Shown: piece after piece, positions 58,787 through 64,000 of the stretch
Numbering within the stretch: position 1 is the first letter of the stretch
Layout of the letters: every line of letters begins with the position of its first letter
NCBI GenBank assembly: GCA_902542145.1
Contig: CACBTL010000006.1
Span: 4,316 to 68,315 of the forward strand
Reading direction: 5' to 3'
Source of the DNA: an uncultured SAR86 cluster bacterium
Lineage (GTDB): Bacteria; Pseudomonadota; Gammaproteobacteria; Magnimaribacterales; AG-339-G14
DNA length: 64,000 nt
Notes under the pieces: model-generated
Databases searched by the model: none
Told to the model about the DNA's origin: nothing
The model's input: only the letters and a program-made list of their open reading frames with translations
Translations under genes and position numbers: made by a program

Positions 58787-59213
58787 CCCAGATAATAGAC
58801 CTGTCTATCTAGACATATTCAATGCCAAAGTTGAGAAAGTAGATAAGACTGAAGAAACTCTCTTAATGAGCTTTGAAGCTTCATCAGATTTTTGCCATAC
58901 TGGCGGAAGAGTCCTTCAAGGTGGTTTCGTTGCCACTATGCTTGATTGTTCAATGGCTTTTCTCGCATTTGAGCTAACGGATTATGAAAAATCTCCAATG
59001 ACGATTGATATGAATATCAATTATTTATCCTCTGGAGCTCCTGGCAAATATTTAGCTAGAGCAAAAGTTACAAAGATTGGAAAATCAATTGGATTTCTCT
59101 CCTCAGAATTATTTCAAGACGATAAACTGATTGCCTCAGCTACTTGCACAGCTAAAATGGCAGACATTAATAAAAAATACCTGAAGCAGATGAAAGATAC
59201 TGTTAGAAAATAA
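58764..59213 (+). CDS. PaaI-family thioesterase
   Basis: VLQGGFVATMLD hot-dog fold motif. Confidence 0.88.
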   Translation: MHSNQSNNPDNRPVYLDIFNAKVEKVDKTEETLLMSFEASSDFCHTGGRVLQGGFVATMLDCSMAFLAFELTDYEKSPMTIDMNINYLSSGAPGKYLARAKVTKIGKSIGFLSSELFQDDKLIASATCTAKMADINKKYLKQMKDTVRK

Positions 59214-59214
59214 T

Positions 59215-60432
59215 TTAAAAACCAAAGTCCCAAGAAAGACCTTCGTGATATTTTTTTAAGATTTCCTTAGCTATTAATACTCTGTGAACTTCATCAGGTC
59301 CATCAGCTAGTCTTAATGTCCTTGCTCCCTGATACATGCCCGCGAGAGGTAGATCTGATGAAACACCTTTCCAACCGTATACTTGAATTGCTCTGTCCAC
59401 CACTTTGTGCATTGCATTTGGTACGTAGACTTTTAGTGCAGAGATATCAACTCTTGGGTTGCCTTCAGCTTCCATAACCTCAGCACAATGGATAGTCATT
59501 AGTCTGGCTGTTTGAATATCTATATAAGAGTCGGCAATGAAACCTTGTATAAGTTGTTTGGTTTCTAATTTTCCACCATGAACTTCTCTTTCTATAGTTC
59601 TCTTAAGCATCAGATCAAAAGCACGCCACATTTGTCCTATAGAATTCATGCAATGAAAAACCCTTCCTGCACCTAATCTATCTTGAGCAGCCTGGTGACC
59701 TGATCCTCTCGCACCTAGTGTATTTTCTATAGGAACTCTGACATTCTCATATTTAATTTCTACATGATCTCCCCCGGTATGTCCCCATATAGGAACTGAT
59801 CGAACAATATTGAAACCCTCTGAGTCTGTTGGGACAATAATTTGAGACATTCTTGAATTCACGCCTCCAGATCCATCTTCTTCTTCTGTTCTGCACATAA
59901 CAATAGCGAAATCAGCTCTAATTCCATTGGACGTCATGACTTTGTGACCGTTTATGACCCAGTGGTCACCATCTTTTTTTGCGGTTGTTTTAATTGATCT
60001 GGGATCAGAACCGGCATTATCAGGCTCAGTCATGGAAAAGCATGACTCCATCTCTCCTTCTATCAACGGGAGTAGCCATTTTTTCTTTTGTTCTTCTGAA
60101 CCGTATTTAAGAAGCACTTTTTGGTTGCCCGAATTAGGAGCTATCACTCCAAAAAGTCTGTTGGATAAAGGAGACCAGGCTAAAATTTCATTCATATAGG
60201 CATGAGCTATGAAGCCTATTCCCATTCCTCCATACTCTTCTGGTAGATGAGGAGCCCATAGCTTTTCTTTTTTAACTTCTTGTCTAATATCTTCTCGAAG
60301 AGATTTGGATTTATCTCCACCTGAATAAATGTCTCTTTCATTGGGAATAATATGTTCCGCAACAATATTTGCTGTTCTAGTTCTTATGTCATTTACTTTT
60401 TCTGAAAGTGTAGGTATTGGTTTTATATCCAT
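59215..60432 (-). CDS. Acyl-CoA dehydrogenase
   Basis: APNSGN, FSMTEP..GSD, INGHK, RLGAGR.FH, AIQVYG, RLADGPDEVH. Confidence 0.94.
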   Translation of the reverse strand: MDIKPIPTLSEKVNDIRTRTANIVAEHIIPNERDIYSGGDKSKSLREDIRQEVKKEKLWAPHLPEEYGGMGIGFIAHAYMNEILAWSPLSNRLFGVIAPNSGNQKVLLKYGSEEQKKKWLLPLIEGEMESCFSMTEPDNAGSDPRSIKTTAKKDGDHWVINGHKVMTSNGIRADFAIVMCRTEEEDGSGGVNSRMSQIIVPTDSEGFNIVRSVPIWGHTGGDHVEIKYENVRVPIENTLGARGSGHQAAQDRLGAGRVFHCMNSIGQMWRAFDLMLKRTIEREVHGGKLETKQLIQGFIADSYIDIQTARLMTIHCAEVMEAEGNPRVDISALKVYVPNAMHKVVDRAIQVYGWKGVSSDLPLAGMYQGARTLRLADGPDEVHRVLIAKEILKKYHEGLSWDFGF

Positions 60433-60512
60433 AATTTGTTTCCTCACAAAGATTCTATCATTGCCCTTGCAAGCTGCAAGAATTGAAAGAATAATAAGAA
60501 AAAGGAGTTTTT

Positions 60513-61112
60513 ATGAAGGAAGTAGATTTTTACTTTGATTTTGCAAGCCCAAATGCTTATCTTTCGTTAATGGCTGGTAAGGAGCTAGAGGATAAGTTAG
60601 GTTTTAAATTCAATATTAAATTAGCTTTACTAGGAGGCATTTTTAAATTGACTAATAATCAACCTCCCATGGTGGCTTTTGCAGGGATCAAAAATAAACT
60701 TGATTATGACGGTGTAGAAATGCAGAGATTCATCGTTAAGCATAACCTTTCAGATTTTAAAATGAATCCAAATTTTCCAGTGATTACTCTTCAGATTATG
60801 AGAGCAGCTGTGGTTGCCGAGAAAGAAGGTTTTCTTATGGACTACGTCCAAAAAATTACAAGATCCATGTGGGAAAGAGAAAAGAAAATGGATGATCCTG
60901 AGGTTATCAAGGCCGAATACGATCATTGGGGTTTTGATTCTTCCCTGCTGATGAATGGTATGAATGATCCTGATATTAAATCCTCTTTGATGGATAAAAC
61001 TTCTGAAGCAGTGGAAAGAGGAGTATTCGGGATTCCAACTTTCTTTGTTGGCAATGAAATGTTTTTTGGAAAAGACAGGTTAGGACAGGTCGAGGAAGAA
61101 ATCTTAAAGTAA
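60513..61112 (+). CDS. 2-hydroxychromene-2-carboxylate isomerase / GST-kappa (DsbA family)
   Basis: FYFDFASPNAY, GVFGIPTF, FFGKDRL. Confidence 0.9.
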   Translation: MKEVDFYFDFASPNAYLSLMAGKELEDKLGFKFNIKLALLGGIFKLTNNQPPMVAFAGIKNKLDYDGVEMQRFIVKHNLSDFKMNPNFPVITLQIMRAAVVAEKEGFLMDYVQKITRSMWEREKKMDDPEVIKAEYDHWGFDSSLLMNGMNDPDIKSSLMDKTSEAVERGVFGIPTFFVGNEMFFGKDRLGQVEEEILK

Positions 61113-61117
61113 ATCTT

Positions 61118-61672
61118 GTGGATTTTGATCTACTGGAATTGTTAAACTCTCTGAGAGGTCAAAGCAATCTTTTAGAGGGTTTAATGCAAATCTTAAGCAA
61201 TAATTTGTTTGGATTAATTTTGGCTTTTTGTGTTATTCCTTATTTTTTTTATAAATCTCAAGAGAAGTTGCTTTGGGTATTCATAGCTTGGCTTTTAACC
61301 ATTGGAATAACCGACTTTAGTGCAAATCTTTTAAAAAGCTACTTTTTAAACTTTAGACCGTGTTTTTCTGATTATTCATATCTTTTAGATGACAAGGGTC
61401 AACTTTTGAATCAATGTTCTGCAACTCTGACAGGAATGCCCTCAAATCATTCAGCTAATTTTTTTGCAGGTTCATTATTTTTATTAACTATTTTTAAAGT
61501 AAATAGATATTCTTTAATTTTTCTCTTAATTTCTTGCTCTGTAGCTATATCTAGAATTTATCTAGGAAAACACTTTCCTTATCAAGTTTTTGCTGGTTCG
61601 TTATACGGTGCAATTCTTGGCTCTATAGGAGGATACGTGTATTTAAAAAATTTTAGGAATTCTCTAAATTAA
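61118..61672 (+). CDS. PAP2-family membrane phosphatase
   Basis: K.....RP, PSNHS, SRIYLGKHF. Confidence 0.88.
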   Translation: MDFDLLELLNSLRGQSNLLEGLMQILSNNLFGLILAFCVIPYFFYKSQEKLLWVFIAWLLTIGITDFSANLLKSYFLNFRPCFSDYSYLLDDKGQLLNQCSATLTGMPSNHSANFFAGSLFLLTIFKVNRYSLIFLLISCSVAISRIYLGKHFPYQVFAGSLYGAILGSIGGYVYLKNFRNSLN

Positions 61673-63038
61673 ATCTATATCTCAGAAATACCAAGCTTAC
61701 AAAAACTAAAAGAAGCATAGAAACTAACTCTGATACGCCAATTAATTCAAGAGTTACACCTGTTAGGGCAAGTAGAGAAGATATGACTAAAATAACGAAA
61801 GAAACTCTTAGACCCTTTAGGCCAAGTCTTTCTAGCACATGATGGACATGACTTCTATCAGATGTTAGCGGAGATCTTTTATTCACAAGTCTAATAATTA
61901 TTGTAGATATCGCGTTAAATAAAACAAATCCAACGATCCAAACTGCTGTTATAGGATTCATATAATCAGCCCTTTCCATTGCAAAATAAATTAAGCACCA
62001 TGCCACAGTGTATCCACAAAACATTGAGCCATGATCTCCCATAAAGATGACAAATCTTTTACCTAAGACTTTAAGATTCATAAGTGCATAAGGAAGAAAA
62101 CAAATTACAAGAAATAAATAAATTTGCTCAATGAAAATGGAATTGTTCGCAGATAAAAGTATTAAAGGAGCGGTGATACCTACCAGAAATTGGCTGGTTA
62201 AACCACCATTAAAGCCATCAATCCAATTAAAAGCATTCAGAACACCTATTACACAAAAAATTGTGAATAAAACTCCTAAAGCTGGATTGAGTTCAATAGA
62301 GCCTAAACCAAATAAATTTCCTAAATTATCTATATATAAACCAGACTGAGTAATAAGAATTAAACAAGCTATAGCTTGGGATAAAAATCTCGTTGGGACA
62401 CTTAAACCCCATAAATCGTCAATTAAAGTTACAAAAGCAAGAATGATTCCTGTAATTAACATCCATATGAAAAAGGGCGGAACATTAACATTAATTTTTT
62501 GATAGTAAATTGACTCATCGCCATTGATATTTACAGTAACTTTTGGAGGTAACAGTGTTTCTTGAACGTAATTTGAATTAGCCTCGAAACCATCACCTTT
62601 AATTTGGAAAAAACCAGTTTCATCTTTGTATACTTCCATCAACTCCGTTTCAAAAGTTTTCTTGTTTATGACTTCGACAGCTTGAGAATTTTCATTTATA
62701 CCTACAACTTTAATTTCAAAAGAATCATTACCAATAAGATCAATTTTTTTACTAAGATTTTGATTTAATGAACTATCTTCTTGAATAGAGTCATCAACAA
62801 AAAAGCCATTCCAGGATAAATTGAAATTTACCCCTGCAAAGAAATCAAAGATTAGAACTGCAAATATTAATGATGCTATGAAAGATATGCCTCCAGAAAG
62901 AGGTATATCTTTCTTGTGAAGTTTCTTTACTCCGTCGGGCTTATCTACCCAGCTTAAAGATTTGAAGATTTTCCTAAATGCAAAATTTGCCATAAAGGAA
63001 AAAAACAGCACTACCCCAAGCAGGTAAACAAGAAACAT
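61653..63038 (-). CDS. wecA: Undecaprenyl-phosphate GlcNAc-1-P transferase (WecA/MraY family) with a soluble insert
   Basis: DKP..KKLH...PLSGG, IDD, NAFNWIDG, FMGDHGS, DRSHVHH. Confidence 0.88.
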   Translation of the reverse strand: MFLVYLLGVVLFFSFMANFAFRKIFKSLSWVDKPDGVKKLHKKDIPLSGGISFIASLIFAVLIFDFFAGVNFNLSWNGFFVDDSIQEDSSLNQNLSKKIDLIGNDSFEIKVVGINENSQAVEVINKKTFETELMEVYKDETGFFQIKGDGFEANSNYVQETLLPPKVTVNINGDESIYYQKINVNVPPFFIWMLITGIILAFVTLIDDLWGLSVPTRFLSQAIACLILITQSGLYIDNLGNLFGLGSIELNPALGVLFTIFCVIGVLNAFNWIDGFNGGLTSQFLVGITAPLILLSANNSIFIEQIYLFLVICFLPYALMNLKVLGKRFVIFMGDHGSMFCGYTVAWCLIYFAMERADYMNPITAVWIVGFVLFNAISTIIIRLVNKRSPLTSDRSHVHHVLERLGLKGLRVSFVILVISSLLALTGVTLELIGVSELVSMLLLVFVSLVFLRYRFNLENS

Positions 63039-63041
63039 GGC

Positions 63042-63848
63042 TTAATTTAAGAAACTTGGATCTTTTTCAAGCATTAAGTCGTACAGAGGCTGATAACTTG
63101 CCCACATAGCCATATCCGAACCAACTTGTGATTTTGTCAATTGAGCAACATCATCAGGAATTCTTTCCATCTGTCCAACGGATTCTGCCAAAATTTGAGA
63201 TTGACAGCATCTATCCATTGACAAGAAAGCCCAAAGCGCTTCATCCACCGTCCCGCCTGTAGTTAAGAGACCATGATTTTTAAGAATAGCAGCCTTTTTA
63301 TCACCTATTGCGGCAGCAATTCTTTTACCTTCATCTCCTTCTAGAACCACACCTGTGTAATCATCAAAGAGAACATGATTATCAAAAAAAGCACAGGAAT
63401 CTTGAGTTATCGGCTCAAGAAGTCTGCCGAAAGTTGAAAAAGTTTTGCCATACATAGAATGAGAGTGGGCTGCAGCATTTACATCTGGCCTAGCATCATG
63501 AAGAGATGAATGAATTGCAAAAGCAGCTGTATTTACTGGCTTATCGCCTAAAACAACTTCACCGTCTTTGTTTACTAGTATTAAATCAGAGACACAAATT
63601 TGATTGAAATGCATTCCAAAAGGATTTACCCAAAAATGATCTTCGTGTTCAGGATCTCTATATGTAATGTGACCAGCTATTCCTTCATCAAAACCAAAAT
63701 GAGCAAACATTCTAAATCCTGAGGCCAATCTTTCTAGGTTATATCTCCTTGTTTCCTCAATGGATTTACATTCTATTGGAAGTAAGGAACCTTTTTCTTT
63801 TTGATCCAATTTTCCTTTTGAGACATCTATATTAAGGTTATTTGTCAT
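63042..63848 (-). CDS. Class II aldolase/adducin family protein
   Basis: EGIAGH, FWVNP.G, AFAIHS, AAHSHS, LKNHG. Confidence 0.92.
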   Translation of the reverse strand: MTNNLNIDVSKGKLDQKEKGSLLPIECKSIEETRRYNLERLASGFRMFAHFGFDEGIAGHITYRDPEHEDHFWVNPFGMHFNQICVSDLILVNKDGEVVLGDKPVNTAAFAIHSSLHDARPDVNAAAHSHSMYGKTFSTFGRLLEPITQDSCAFFDNHVLFDDYTGVVLEGDEGKRIAAAIGDKKAAILKNHGLLTTGGTVDEALWAFLSMDRCCQSQILAESVGQMERIPDDVAQLTKSQVGSDMAMWASYQPLYDLMLEKDPSFLN

Positions 63849-63925
63849 ATATTTCTCCTACCTACTTAATTTCCATATTACAATTTTACTAGTTTAAACT
63901 AATCAATAAAATATACATAAGTCTC

Positions 63926-64000
63926 ATGGCAAAAAAAGGTTACCGAGAAGAATCAGATAGTATTGGAATAGTTTACGTTCCCCGAAAAGCTCTATACGGA
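63926..64000 (+). CDS. fumC: Class II fumarate hydratase / aspartase family, N-terminus (truncated by window end)
   Basis: MAKKGYREESDSIGIVYVPRKALYG matches the R.E.DS.G...VP...YG start of FumC/AspA. Confidence 0.75.
   Translation, partial: MAKKGYREESDSIGIVYVPRKALYG

Noticed and set aside
2044-62349. Many 60-160 aa ORFs antisense or frame-shifted within genes (for example 4767-5258, 16055-16510, 40160-40540, 43001-43300, 58294-58671)
   Set aside because: They lie over well-supported genes and have no motifs; shadow ORFs
1-64000. CRISPR array, prophage, IS element, integrase or att duplication at the three tRNAs
   Set aside because: No repeat-spacer pattern, mobile-element genes or duplicated tRNA 3' ends found by eye

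Overview
AT-rich, very tightly packed bacterial chromosome segment. Gene content (uvrC-pgsA-tRNA-Cys-Leu, thrS-infC-rpmI-rplT-pheST-ihfA-merR-tRNA-Pro, djlA, photolyase) indicates a streamlined gammaproteobacterium, probably marine and SAR86-like (inference). 1-6 kb: core genes pyrF (3' end), ggt, uvrC and pgsA, with gmhA and a DegT aminotransferase interleaved, then tRNA-Cys and tRNA-Leu. 6-40.7 kb: an integrase-free surface-glycan island with two separate nonulosonic-acid modules (a Neisseria-type neuABC and a divergent, AFL-domain-less NeuB with a dioxygenase, methyltransferases and a second NeuA), Wzx/Wzy/Wzz, nucleotide-sugar dehydrogenases (one CBS-fused, one truncated), rmlBACD, OafA and galU. 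40.7-52.5 kb: core and translation genes, including a minimal anticodon-mimic thrS leader, an ATA-start infC and a PheT lacking the B2 domain. 52.5-55.9 kb: an unexplained two-gene cassette (tiny lipoprotein plus a 1044-aa secreted acidic protein with 18 Cys) between merR and tRNA-Pro. 56-64 kb: lipid and metabolic genes, photolyase preceded by an unannotated three-stem structured RNA, WecA with a large insert, and the start of fumC. All calls come from motif recognition by eye; no searches were run.
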